DNA of 32,000 nt from Candidatus Nitrosopumilus koreensis AR1 (GCF_000299365.1 NC_018655.1:1470001-1502000), one strand, 5' to 3'; positions 17,590 to 26,969 are shown, counted from the stretch's first letter. A program made the numbers and translations. The notes: generated from the sequence alone by a model not told the origin.

Positions 17590-18453
17590 ATGAAGACTAT
17601 AGCAATTTGCTCTTTCTTCGTACTATTTGCTATGGTAGCTGGATTAGTTGCAACAACACCAGCTGCTTTTGCAGATCATTCAGAAGTCACAATCTCACCA
17701 GCATCAGGTTCTGGTGCACCAGGTTGTGAAGAAACCGCAGATGGATGTTACATTCCAAATACTGCAACAGTTGATGTTGGCGGTGTTGTTATCATGTCAA
17801 ACACTGACACTGCAGCACACACATTCACATCAGGAACTCCAGATGATGGGCCAGATGGTGTATTTGACACCAGTCTATTAATGGCTGGAAATTCATTTGA
17901 GTGGAGTCCAACAGTTGCAGGTGAACAGCCATATTTCTGTATGGTACATCCTTGGATGCAAGGCTTGATCATAGTACAAGAAGCAGGAGCTGAAGAAGCT
18001 GATGATCATGGTGATGAGATGATGATGCCAACAGGTGCCGCTGCAGCAACAGGAATGTTGTCTGACGGTACAAAAGTTTCTGTCTGGACTACAACACCTA
18101 CTAAAGGTGAGATGATGGAAATTTCTGTTCAATTTGAAGGTGCAGAACATGTCAATCACGATATGAAAGTCACACAAAATGGTAATACAGTACTAGATGA
18201 TAAGGGCGCACATCATCATGATGGAAAAGGAGTACATATGACAAAAGCTCTTGGTTCATCTGATCCAGTAAACATCACAATTACCTTCCAAGGTTATGGT
18301 GTTGATGATCCTAAAACAGGACCAATTGGTGAAAAAGTAGTATTCTCAAACGTTGTTCCAGAATTTGGTACAATTGCAATGATGATACTAGCTGTTGCAA
18401 TTATAAGCATTGTTGCAGTTACTGCAAAATCTAGAGTCATTCCAAGATTTTAG
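17590..18453 (+). CDS. Plastocyanin/cupredoxin-domain protein with PEFG-CTERM anchor
   Basis: HTFTSGTPDDGPDGVFDTSLLMAGNSFEWSPTVAGEQPYFCMVHPWMQGLIIV (C-x2-H-x4-M copper site) and C-terminal VVPEFGTIAMMILAVAIISIVAVTAKSR. Confidence 0.92.
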   Translation: MKTIAICSFFVLFAMVAGLVATTPAAFADHSEVTISPASGSGAPGCEETADGCYIPNTATVDVGGVVIMSNTDTAAHTFTSGTPDDGPDGVFDTSLLMAGNSFEWSPTVAGEQPYFCMVHPWMQGLIIVQEAGAEEADDHGDEMMMPTGAAAATGMLSDGTKVSVWTTTPTKGEMMEISVQFEGAEHVNHDMKVTQNGNTVLDDKGAHHHDGKGVHMTKALGSSDPVNITITFQGYGVDDPKTGPIGEKVVFSNVVPEFGTIAMMILAVAIISIVAVTAKSRVIPRF

Positions 18454-18466
18454 GAATCCTCTTTTT

Positions 18467-19096
18467 CTATTTTCTTTTTATTAAAGCAATTATCGCCAAG
18501 ATTATAGCTGCTCCGGCAATTGATAATCCAAATATTGCAAAGTCATAAGCTGTTCCACCATCAGATGTTACTTCAGTTTCACCTGACTTTAGTTTAGAAA
18601 CATCTTGTTGTAATGATGAAATTGCATTCTTTAGAGCAGCAACATCAGCAGCACCTTCACTGCTAGTAGGTGGGAAATCTAACACTGCGGTAGGCTCTAC
18701 ATCCTCAATAGGGATTTTAATATCAATAGGAGTTCCACGAATTTCTCCTTTTAGTTCCACCATGTATGTTCCTGTTTTAGTTGGAATTATAGGTGAAAAA
18801 TAATATCCAGGTTTAGGATCAGAATTTATATCAATTTTCTTTGTTGCACCACCAAACATCACAGTTGCATCAACATCTTTGAAAGCACTTGTGATTCCTG
18901 TAAATGTACCTTCTTTTTCTCCACGTTCAATCACTTTTAGAATCAGATCATTTCTAATGCCTACAACTGGAGGCTCGATCCCCCATCCTGCTTCAATTTC
19001 GTATGGTTCGACATGAACAGTTGTATGTGCAAATGATGGTGCAATCATTCCAATTGAAAACAATAAACCAATAATACCAAAAACTAGTATTTTCAT
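18467..19096 (-). CDS. Secreted protein with C-terminal coiled-coil and TM; predicted mature N-terminus HTTVHVEP, faintly YcnI-like
   Basis: MKILVFGIIGLLFSIGMIAPSFA-HTTVHVEPYEIEAGWG..., KNAISSLQQDVSKLKSGE linker and TM FAIFGLSIAGAAIILAIIALIKRK. ORF opens at 19153; MKILVFG start preferred. Confidence 0.6.
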   Translation of the reverse strand: MKILVFGIIGLLFSIGMIAPSFAHTTVHVEPYEIEAGWGIEPPVVGIRNDLILKVIERGEKEGTFTGITSAFKDVDATVMFGGATKKIDINSDPKPGYYFSPIIPTKTGTYMVELKGEIRGTPIDIKIPIEDVEPTAVLDFPPTSSEGAADVAALKNAISSLQQDVSKLKSGETEVTSDGGTAYDFAIFGLSIAGAAIILAIIALIKRK

Positions 19097-19198
19097 TGTT
19101 ATCATTTCATAATTACACGTTATTATCTTTACGTGAATTGGCACAAATATCAAATTTGTGAAAACTGTTTAAATTATCAAAGATGATCCTAAGAGTAA

Positions 19199-21982
19199 AT
19201 GCAAAAATTTCTCATCACGTTATTGGTAATATCATTTATTTCAATTCCATTTGCAACAGCACACCCATTTACTGAAGAGACAATTCCAAGTTTGACGTCT
19301 AATGCCCCATCTGGAACAACTGAAGTGATTGTATATTTTTCAGAACCAGTTGATATTAACTTTAGTGAACTCAAAGTATTTGATACAAATGGAGATCAAA
19401 TAGACAATAAAGATACAGATTACTATGAAGGGGAATTATCTCTAATAATTACAACACCACCATTAGAAGATGGAGTTTACACTGTATCAACCAAAGTTCT
19501 CTCTAAAGTAGATGGCCATCTAGTTCCAGATGCATTCTTGTTTGCAGTAGGAGATGCTGTTATTGATCCCTCTTTACATAATGTAGAACGACCATCAGAG
19601 ACAGTATTTCTGCCTGAAGCTGGTGCCAGATTACCAGGATTGGTAGGTCAAACGATTGTTTTAGGTGCAGTGATTTCATCACTCATAATTTGGGGTACAC
19701 AAAATAAACAATCGATAAAAGATGAACTAGAAAAGATTCAATCTTTTCATCACGGAAAATTTATGTCAATTACAGGAATTGGACTTGTTTTAGTTTTCAT
19801 TTCAGATATTTTGATGATTGCAGTTCAAACAGTTAGATTAGAAGCATCGCCGATTGATGCAATCCAAACTGATTTTGGCAATATTTGGTTAATCAGAATG
19901 ACCATAACAATAGTATTACTAGGCATATGGTTTGGGTTAGACAGAAAAAAAGTACTATCAAGGAAAAATCAAATTGCAATGTTAGTAGTATCGCTTGTAT
20001 TAATTGCCACAACAAGTCTAATTGGACATGGTGCAGCTAGTGGAGAAACACCTGCATTAGTATTAGATTACATTCACAATTTGGTTGCAGCAGTTTGGAT
20101 AGGTGGAATTTTCTATTTTGTTTTCACATTGCTTCCAACATTTTCACAATTAAAAGAATCATCTAGAGAAAAGATGAGCCTATTAATGATTCCAAGATTC
20201 TCAATTGCATTTATCATTGCAGTAGGAATCGTTATAATTACAGGACCAACATTGATGTGGTTCCTAGAAAGTGATATTGGATTAATTACAGAATCAATTT
20301 ACGGTCAATTAATTATTCTAAAAATTGCCATTGCAGTAGTAATAGTTGCATTTGGAGGATTTTTCCAGTTCAAAGTACAAAAAAATGCAGAAAGAAATTT
20401 TTCATCAGGAAAAATTTTTGTACATAAAAAACTAAAGAGATCACTCAAAGTTGATGCCGTATTGGGAATAATACTTCTTGGAGTGGTAGCATTACTAACT
20501 AACGGAACATTACCTGCAGGAGAAATCCAAAAAGTTGATGCTCAAGAAATTATCTATGGTTTCAAAACGATAGAATTTACAGAGAACGCAAAATTTGATA
20601 TCGATATTTCGCCATTTTCAAGCGGACCAAACACAATCCTAATCAAGGTTAGTGACTTTGAAGGAAATCCACTCTATGATTCAGATCAACTCAAAGTCAA
20701 AATATCAAATCCATCAAAGAATATCGCACCAATTGAAGTGCCAATGGAGATAATCAAACAAGAAGAGAACAAACCAATAGAATTCCAAGGAGAATTAACA
20801 TTTGGATTTTCAGGAGAATGGCTAGTAGAAGTTGAAGCACAAAGAACCGATAATGCAAGCGAGTCAAAGCTTTTGAATTTACTAGTAAAGCCAAGACTGA
20901 CAGACATACAAACTCAGATTATCGAATATGAACTACCAGAGGACGCAAAACCGCTCTTTCCATTGTATGATGGGCATGATTCGATTTGGGTAAGTGATGC
21001 ATCAGCGCCACGAGTATGGCAATTTTCACTGGATTCACAAGAGTTTACACCATATTCATTTGATGGTGTAGTTACAACATTCCTTACGCAGGACAAACAA
21101 GATAGAATTTGGTTTGTGGATCCACCAAGGAATCAGATTGGATTCATAGATCTTCAAACAAAACAGATCACAACAAAATCTATTCCAAAACTTGATCCTA
21201 CAATCTCAGACAATACACCATTGTTCATAAAATCAGACTTTGATGGAAACATATGGATTACAATAATCAACAAAGACAGAATTGTAAAATACATACCAGG
21301 AAATGACGAATTTGAAGAAATTGTTTTGTCAGGAAAAGATAACTTACCGTTTGCATTAGCTCTTGATAATGATGGAAAAGTATGGTTTTCAGCAACAGGT
21401 ACAGGAAAAATAGGATACGTTGATCCAAAAGACAATAAATTGATTGAATTTACAAAAGAGCCTCCACTACAAGGACCAGAGGCATTGCTTTTTGATGATG
21501 ATGGTAATCTCTGGATTGCAGAACATACAGGCTTGGCAATCACCAAATTCAATCCAATTTTAGAAACATTTGAGAGAGTATCAGTCCCAAATGAAGAGGC
21601 ACTACCATTTGGAATGACATTTGACAGATACGGAAATGTTTGGTTTGCACAGCACACGATAGATAGCATAGGTGCATATGATCCAGATAACAATAATTTG
21701 ATTGAGGTTCCTATTCCATCAGAAACATCATTTGTGCAGTTTATGACATCAGATGGAGACAATAACGTATGGTTTGTTGAACAACAGACAAACAAAATTG
21801 GAACAGTAAAGATTACTGAGATTCCCGGTATTACATCGCAAGTTCAATCATCTGCCGAATTTGAATTAAAGTATACAGAACTTGCATCACCACTAATTGC
21901 GTTAGGAATCATTGCAACGTCTTTGTTTTATGTAAAAAGTATTCAGGATAAAAGAAGATTAAATTCACTAATCAGGTCTTAG
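19199..21982 (+). CDS. CopC-CopD-like copper protein fused to a virginiamycin-B-lyase/NHL-like beta-propeller and C-terminal TM
   Basis: N-terminal CopC-like (A-HPFTEETIPSLTSNAP...VLSKVDGHLVPDAFLFAVG), multi-TM CopD-like region, then repeated DGNIWI/DGKVWFSATGTGKIGYVDP/DGNLWIAEHTG/YGNVWFAQHTIDSIGAYDP/DNNVWFVEQQTNKIG blades. Confidence 0.82.
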   Translation: MQKFLITLLVISFISIPFATAHPFTEETIPSLTSNAPSGTTEVIVYFSEPVDINFSELKVFDTNGDQIDNKDTDYYEGELSLIITTPPLEDGVYTVSTKVLSKVDGHLVPDAFLFAVGDAVIDPSLHNVERPSETVFLPEAGARLPGLVGQTIVLGAVISSLIIWGTQNKQSIKDELEKIQSFHHGKFMSITGIGLVLVFISDILMIAVQTVRLEASPIDAIQTDFGNIWLIRMTITIVLLGIWFGLDRKKVLSRKNQIAMLVVSLVLIATTSLIGHGAASGETPALVLDYIHNLVAAVWIGGIFYFVFTLLPTFSQLKESSREKMSLLMIPRFSIAFIIAVGIVIITGPTLMWFLESDIGLITESIYGQLIILKIAIAVVIVAFGGFFQFKVQKNAERNFSSGKIFVHKKLKRSLKVDAVLGIILLGVVALLTNGTLPAGEIQKVDAQEIIYGFKTIEFTENAKFDIDISPFSSGPNTILIKVSDFEGNPLYDSDQLKVKISNPSKNIAPIEVPMEIIKQEENKPIEFQGELTFGFSGEWLVEVEAQRTDNASESKLLNLLVKPRLTDIQTQIIEYELPEDAKPLFPLYDGHDSIWVSDASAPRVWQFSLDSQEFTPYSFDGVVTTFLTQDKQDRIWFVDPPRNQIGFIDLQTKQITTKSIPKLDPTISDNTPLFIKSDFDGNIWITIINKDRIVKYIPGNDEFEEIVLSGKDNLPFALALDNDGKVWFSATGTGKIGYVDPKDNKLIEFTKEPPLQGPEALLFDDDGNLWIAEHTGLAITKFNPILETFERVSVPNEEALPFGMTFDRYGNVWFAQHTIDSIGAYDPDNNNLIEVPIPSETSFVQFMTSDGDNNVWFVEQQTNKIGTVKITEIPGITSQVQSSAEFELKYTELASPLIALGIIATSLFYVKSIQDKRRLNSLIRS

Positions 21983-22790
21983 AAAGCAATCCAGATGATT
22001 TAATTCCCATAGTACCAGCTAGCAATCCAATTGCAATCAAGACAATTGTTCCTGCAGGAGTAATATCAAAGATATAAGAAACCAAAATTCCCGTTACAAC
22101 TGAAAAAATTGAAAAACTCATAGAAATAATTGCAGTTTGTTTGAAACCTTTACCATACATTATTGCTGAAACATTCGGAATAACAAACAATGCAGAAATC
22201 AACAGTACCCCAACAAGCTGAATCGAGGTGACAACTGTAAGGCCTGCCATAAACACTATTAGATAATTTATCTTCTCTACAGGGATTCCACTGACTTTGG
22301 CTTGCTCTTCATTAAATGTAGAATAAAGAATCTGTCTAAACAAGACCAATATCACAATCAGAATTGCGCCAGTAAGTGCAAGTATCAAAACAGTATCATC
22401 AACACTGACTAGTAGAATGCTACCAAAGAGGAAACTAAAGATATCAATTGTAAACCCTCCTGAAAACCCAATAATTACAAGCCCAACTGCTATGCCGGAG
22501 GACAAAAGTACTGCAATGGATGCATCTCCAGATATGTTGAATCTGTCTTTTACTCTAGTAATGATCAATGCACTAATTATTGATACACCATAAGCAGTCC
22601 ATAATGGATAAACTCCTACTAAAAGACCCAAAGCTATTCCACCAAAAGACGAATGTGCTATTGCATCACCAAACAATGAATACCGTCTAAGAACCAAAAA
22701 CAATCCAACAACTGAACAAAGAATTGCAATGGCAATCCCAGAGATTAATGCTCTGTGCATAAAACTGTAAGTTAGAATTTCAAAAGACAT
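21972..22790 (-). CDS. znuB: Zinc/manganese-type ABC transporter permease
   Basis: MHRALISGIAIAILCSVVGLFLVLRRYSLFGDAIAHSSFGGIALG and LVGVLLISALFVIPNVSA are ABC-3 family signatures. Confidence 0.85.
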   Translation of the reverse strand: MSFEILTYSFMHRALISGIAIAILCSVVGLFLVLRRYSLFGDAIAHSSFGGIALGLLVGVYPLWTAYGVSIISALIITRVKDRFNISGDASIAVLLSSGIAVGLVIIGFSGGFTIDIFSFLFGSILLVSVDDTVLILALTGAILIVILVLFRQILYSTFNEEQAKVSGIPVEKINYLIVFMAGLTVVTSIQLVGVLLISALFVIPNVSAIMYGKGFKQTAIISMSFSIFSVVTGILVSYIFDITPAGTIVLIAIGLLAGTMGIKSSGLLSKT

Positions 22791-22792
22791 GA

Positions 22793-23515
22793 CTAATGAT
22801 GATGCATATGCTCCTGCATCGATGCTTCAGAGTATTGTTTGACAAGATCATCATCAGAAAAGAATTTTTCAGATTCTCCATGAAAGAACAAAGTTCTATT
22901 TAGACAAGCAACATGATTTGCTAATTTGTTTACAGCATCCAAGTCATGAGAAGACCAGATAATCGTAATCTTTTGTTTAGAGTTTAGTTCACGTAAAATA
23001 CTGTAGAACAGTTCTATGCTTTGCTGATCAATTCCAGTTACTGGTTCATCTAAAATCAAAAGTTTAGGATTATTCACCAAGGCTTTTGCAATAAAAACTC
23101 GTTGTAGTTGTCCTCCAGATAGTTCTCCTATTCTTCTATTTTGTAGTTCATGTATCCATAATTGCTGTAAAATTTCATTGATCTTGTTTTCATCAGATTC
23201 TTTTCGTAATCCCATCCTTACAACATCACCTACAGTTGCAGGAAAATTTTTTTCAAAAATTGGTTTTTGTGGAACATATCCAATTTCTTTAAGATAATTT
23301 CTTGATTGTCTAATGTCTTCTCCAAAAAACTTGATTTGGCCTTTGTATGTTGTATTGAGTCCAAGCATGCAATCAAAGAGAGTTGACTTTCCAGCACCAT
23401 TAGGCCCAATTATGCCTAGAAAATCACCCTGATTAACCACAAAACTCACATCATCAAGAGCTTTTACATCAGGATATCGAACAGTGAGATTGTTAATTTC
23501 AACTGCCTTCAACAT
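22793..23515 (-). CDS. znuC: Zinc/manganese-type ABC transporter ATP-binding protein
   Basis: Walker A GPNGAGKST, signature LSGGQLQRVFIAKAL, Walker B LLILDEPVTGID; HMHHH tail. Confidence 0.88.
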   Translation of the reverse strand: MLKAVEINNLTVRYPDVKALDDVSFVVNQGDFLGIIGPNGAGKSTLFDCMLGLNTTYKGQIKFFGEDIRQSRNYLKEIGYVPQKPIFEKNFPATVGDVVRMGLRKESDENKINEILQQLWIHELQNRRIGELSGGQLQRVFIAKALVNNPKLLILDEPVTGIDQQSIELFYSILRELNSKQKITIIWSSHDLDAVNKLANHVACLNRTLFFHGESEKFFSDDDLVKQYSEASMQEHMHHH

Positions 23516-24417
23516 AGTGCCTCCTTTAGGTTCTCAAGATTTTGGTTCATTTTTTCAATGTAGGTTCCATCAGATGCAATCTCTAATGAGGATAAAACCA
23601 AAACTTTGCCGTCAATTTCATGCGCAATGGTTTGAGAAGTTCTAGCATCAACTGTTTCTTTGCTAAAAATTATTTTGATATTAAGTTCTTTTGCAGTTGT
23701 AATTACACTCTCTAGCTTTTTTGCAGTGGCTTCTCCATGTGAATCAGTCGAAGAGATGATTGTGTGTTGATGTAAGCCATACTCATCAGCAAAATATGAA
23801 AAGGCATCATGAAATGCAATAAAATCAGAATTACAATTTGACAAATCATTTCGAATTTGTGAGTCCAATAAGTTGAGTTCTTCAATGTATGATTCAGCAT
23901 TGGATTGATAAAATTGCACGTTTTGAGGATCATGTTTTGAAAATGCATCTGCAATGTTTTGAACTTGAATTTTTGCATATACAGGATTTAACCATATATG
24001 CGGATCTCCTGATTCATGATCATATTCATCTTCTTGAGATTTTTTTGCTAAAATTCCATCGCTTGTATCAATTATAGTTCCCTGATAGTTATTATCATCA
24101 AGTTTATCGACCCAATTTTCAAAACCAATTCCATTAATAATTATAAGATCAGATGCTTGCATTTTTTGCACATCTTTAATTGTTGGTTCCCAATCATGAG
24201 GTTCAACTCCAACTGGAACAAGTAATGTGACATCAACTTTGTCTTGTCCTACATTTTGTGCAAATTCATGCAACGGATTAAATGATGATATGACTTGCAG
24301 TTTTGAATTTTCTGGAGAAGTAGATTCGGTGTTTGGATTTGTTCCATAAACTGCAAGTGAGCTTAATGGAATTACTACAGATATTACAATTATTGCAAGT
24401 TTGGTTTGTATATTCAC
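23509..24417 (-). CDS. znuA: Zinc/manganese-type substrate-binding protein
   Basis: SSFNPLHEFAQNVGQDKVDVTLLVPVGVEPHDWEPT, DPHIWLNPVYAKIQVQNIADAF and FSKETVDARTSQTIAHEIDG are cluster A-I binding-protein motifs. Confidence 0.87.
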   Translation of the reverse strand: MNIQTKLAIIVISVVIPLSSLAVYGTNPNTESTSPENSKLQVISSFNPLHEFAQNVGQDKVDVTLLVPVGVEPHDWEPTIKDVQKMQASDLIIINGIGFENWVDKLDDNNYQGTIIDTSDGILAKKSQEDEYDHESGDPHIWLNPVYAKIQVQNIADAFSKHDPQNVQFYQSNAESYIEELNLLDSQIRNDLSNCNSDFIAFHDAFSYFADEYGLHQHTIISSTDSHGEATAKKLESVITTAKELNIKIIFSKETVDARTSQTIAHEIDGKVLVLSSLEIASDGTYIEKMNQNLENLKEALC

Positions 24418-24508
24418 GCAACCGTTAATTAAAATTTTATTAATAAATCTATAAAATCTTAATAATATTAATTGCTAAACTTATAAGATAATTAATAACA
24501 TTAGGCAT

Positions 24509-24892
24509 ATGCCAATAGTATCAATCTCACTAAATGATGAGATTCTATCTGAGTTAGACAAATTGCAATCAAGCATGGGTTTCTCAGGAAGATCTGAGGC
24601 AATCAGGGCAGGAATCAGGGCATTTGTTTCAGAAGAAAAACAAAAGTCAGATTTATCAGGTAATATTCATGCAATTCTTTTGGTGGTACACAATGATGAG
24701 TTTGATCATGTTGTGTCAGGGATAACTCATAACTTTGAAGATCTAATAACTACACATCTTCACAGTAAAATTGACAAAGAAAAATGCATGGAACTTTTTG
24801 TAATTGATGGAGATGCAGAAAAGGTTTCTACAATGACAAAAGACTTTCAGATAAACAAAAACATGGATACTGTTAGACTTGTTGCAATCTAA
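24509..24892 (+). CDS. NikR-like ribbon-helix-helix metalloregulator
   Basis: SISLNDEILSELDKLQSSMGFSGRSEAIRAGIRAFV RHH domain plus TTHLHSKIDKEKCMELFVIDG, matching the NikR H-x-H...C metal site. Confidence 0.85.
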   Translation: MPIVSISLNDEILSELDKLQSSMGFSGRSEAIRAGIRAFVSEEKQKSDLSGNIHAILLVVHNDEFDHVVSGITHNFEDLITTHLHSKIDKEKCMELFVIDGDAEKVSTMTKDFQINKNMDTVRLVAI

Positions 24893-26243
24893 ATGAATTT
24901 TTTCTGGTAATAAAAATTACAGATGCAATAGAAATTATCAATACAAATAATGCAATTGTGCCAAATTCAGGTGCAACTACCATACCAAATTCAGTTTCTT
25001 GTCCAGTATTTCGTATATTTTCAAATTTAATTATTGTAGGGCCTGTTTGATCTTCTGCAAATGTATATTTTTCAAATTCTCCACCAACTTGGGCTACACC
25101 AGACACGCGATGTATCTCCTCTCCATTTTGAATGATTACAAATGTATAATCAGAATTTCTCAATGGATCATTTGTTCTTCCGTCTCGGATAGTAAAAATA
25201 AAATTTGTTTCAACACCAGGTTCAAGATCCGCAGGATCCCATGACAGATTTACTTTAAAGTCCTCACTTTTTGTGTATGCCTCTAATGGAAAAGCAGTTT
25301 TATCGCTAGTCAATAAAGTAAATACAATATTATCAGGCAATTGTTCATCTGATTTTTTCATTTCATTTTTTATATATCGGATGTGATCCTGCAGCAAAAC
25401 AAAATGCACTATTCTTTCATGATCTTCTGTATAATCATCAATTGATACTGAAGATTTGAATAATTCAATTCCATTTACATACCCAGAATAGCTAGGGGAC
25501 AAAAGTTCAACAAAATCTTTTGGGAAATGAACTTCTACATGAATTACTGAAATGTGAGACATCTTACTTTCTTTCCAGTCAAATGGCATCTCAAATCTTA
25601 CTTGTTTTGCACTAGGATCATACTGGAAATTGTCAATTTTATCAAAATATGATTTCATTCTAAATTGAACGTCATTGCCCTCAAGATCTTTTTCCATAAA
25701 AGACGATGTGCTAACTACACTCAAATCTGCATTGTAGATGCCAGAATCCTCTATAATGTTGGTAGGCTCATCAATTGTTCTAACTTCAATCTCAAAATTA
25801 TACAGACCACCTGAAGAAAATAATGGTCCAGTTATCTCAATTGGATCTGACACAGTTCCATGCCAAGCCCCAAGCAGAGAGTCTTGCTCACCATGTATTG
25901 TTATCTCACCTTCATTTGATGGATTCACCTTGATTGACAAAACTCCATTTTCTGCAAAAAAGTAATTTCTAAAAATCATTTCATTGCTATGAAACAATCC
26001 AATGAGAAATGTCACGTTTTTTGCAGGTTCGTCTGTTTCATTATCAGTTGCAGTTATTGTGATTTGTTCTTGACCACCTTCAAATGTCAATGGCATCTCT
26101 ACTGAAATTGAAATGTCTTTTCCAGCAACATTTACTGAAGATATGGTATCAATTCCCAACCCATGTCCGTAAACACTGCTAACAGGAAATAGCAAGCATG
26201 CAGATAATGCCAATATTGAAAATTTTGTAAATGACATCATCAA
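24873..26243 (-). CDS. Secreted surface protein of the GHG(V/L)G family with PEFG-CTERM anchor (paralog 3)
   Basis: Signal peptide ending VSSVYG then HGLGID; core KSYFDKIDNFQYDPSAKQVRFEMPFDW...VIHVEVHFPKDF...RIVHF; C-terminal VVAPEFGTIALFVLIISIASVIFITRK. Confidence 0.82.
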   Translation of the reverse strand: MMMSFTKFSILALSACLLFPVSSVYGHGLGIDTISSVNVAGKDISISVEMPLTFEGGQEQITITATDNETDEPAKNVTFLIGLFHSNEMIFRNYFFAENGVLSIKVNPSNEGEITIHGEQDSLLGAWHGTVSDPIEITGPLFSSGGLYNFEIEVRTIDEPTNIIEDSGIYNADLSVVSTSSFMEKDLEGNDVQFRMKSYFDKIDNFQYDPSAKQVRFEMPFDWKESKMSHISVIHVEVHFPKDFVELLSPSYSGYVNGIELFKSSVSIDDYTEDHERIVHFVLLQDHIRYIKNEMKKSDEQLPDNIVFTLLTSDKTAFPLEAYTKSEDFKVNLSWDPADLEPGVETNFIFTIRDGRTNDPLRNSDYTFVIIQNGEEIHRVSGVAQVGGEFEKYTFAEDQTGPTIIKFENIRNTGQETEFGMVVAPEFGTIALFVLIISIASVIFITRKNSFRLQQV

Positions 26244-26258
26244 ATTTTTATCCCAGGG

Positions 26259-26969
26259 TTATTTTATTGTCAGCAATTCTTCAACCTTTTGAATTAATTC
26301 ATCCATTGTGGTAGCCTCCAAAATTGGTTGCAATTCATGAGGGTCCTTTGCACCAAGTGCAGAAAGCGAATAGATGTAATCAATTGTTGGCGTATCAGTT
26401 GTAAGATAATACTGTTCTAAAACATGGTCTAGAGAATGTGGTTCAACTACTTGTGGTAATGCTTGTTGAATAATTTTCTTTTTCCACAAGTCTACAAGTT
26501 TTTCCCATTGCTCAAGGGATATACTCTCATCAATTTCTGGAATCATTTCAACTTCTGCTCTAATGTACATTTTTTCTTCAGTTCCAATCTTTTCATGCAT
26601 CTCAGAAATTTGCTGATGACCTTCAACAGAGAGTGGATCGTAGTTTTCAGGTTGTGGAATTGATGGGGGAATAATTTTTTTAATTTTAAATGAATTTCGT
26701 CCTAACGTTTCAATGTGAAGTTGCAGTCCATCCATTTCAACATCTTCACACTTTGTAATTTTGGCAATAGTACCTATCATTTGAGGCGAATTCCAGCCAT
26801 TAACTGAATTGCCTTCATCAATTAAACAAACGCCAAACTGGCCATCGCCTAACATGCAATCATCAACTAGTTGTTTGTAGCGAGGCTCAAATATTCTCAA
26901 AGGAAGTTCTTGTCTAGGAAACAAGACCAAATCTAGAGGAAAAATCGGAATAGTTTTTGTTTCTGTCAT
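26259..26969 (-). CDS. LON N-terminal (substrate-binding)-like domain protein
   Basis: IPIFPLDLVLFPRQELPLRIFEPRYKQLVDDCMLGDGQFGVCLIDEG...IGTIAKI; no ATPase or protease domain. Confidence 0.85.
   Translation of the reverse strand: MTETKTIPIFPLDLVLFPRQELPLRIFEPRYKQLVDDCMLGDGQFGVCLIDEGNSVNGWNSPQMIGTIAKITKCEDVEMDGLQLHIETLGRNSFKIKKIIPPSIPQPENYDPLSVEGHQQISEMHEKIGTEEKMYIRAEVEMIPEIDESISLEQWEKLVDLWKKKIIQQALPQVVEPHSLDHVLEQYYLTTDTPTIDYIYSLSALGAKDPHELQPILEATTMDELIQKVEELLTIK

Noticed and set aside
17648-18177. ORFs overlapping the plastocyanin gene (17648..17881, 17748..17972, 17893..18177)
   Set aside because: Low-complexity frame shadows of a clearly coding plastocyanin-PEFG gene.
19189-21795. Minus-strand ORFs (61, 73, 60 and 213 aa) inside the CopC/CopD-propeller gene
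   Set aside because: Even the 213-aa ORF (21154..21795) is an antisense shadow of the repetitive propeller coding sequence and lacks family signals.
24459-24471. TTAATAATATTAA palindrome as a confident NikR operator
   Set aside because: Composed only of A/T in a highly AT-rich spacer; likely by chance. Kept only as a candidate within the regulator finding.
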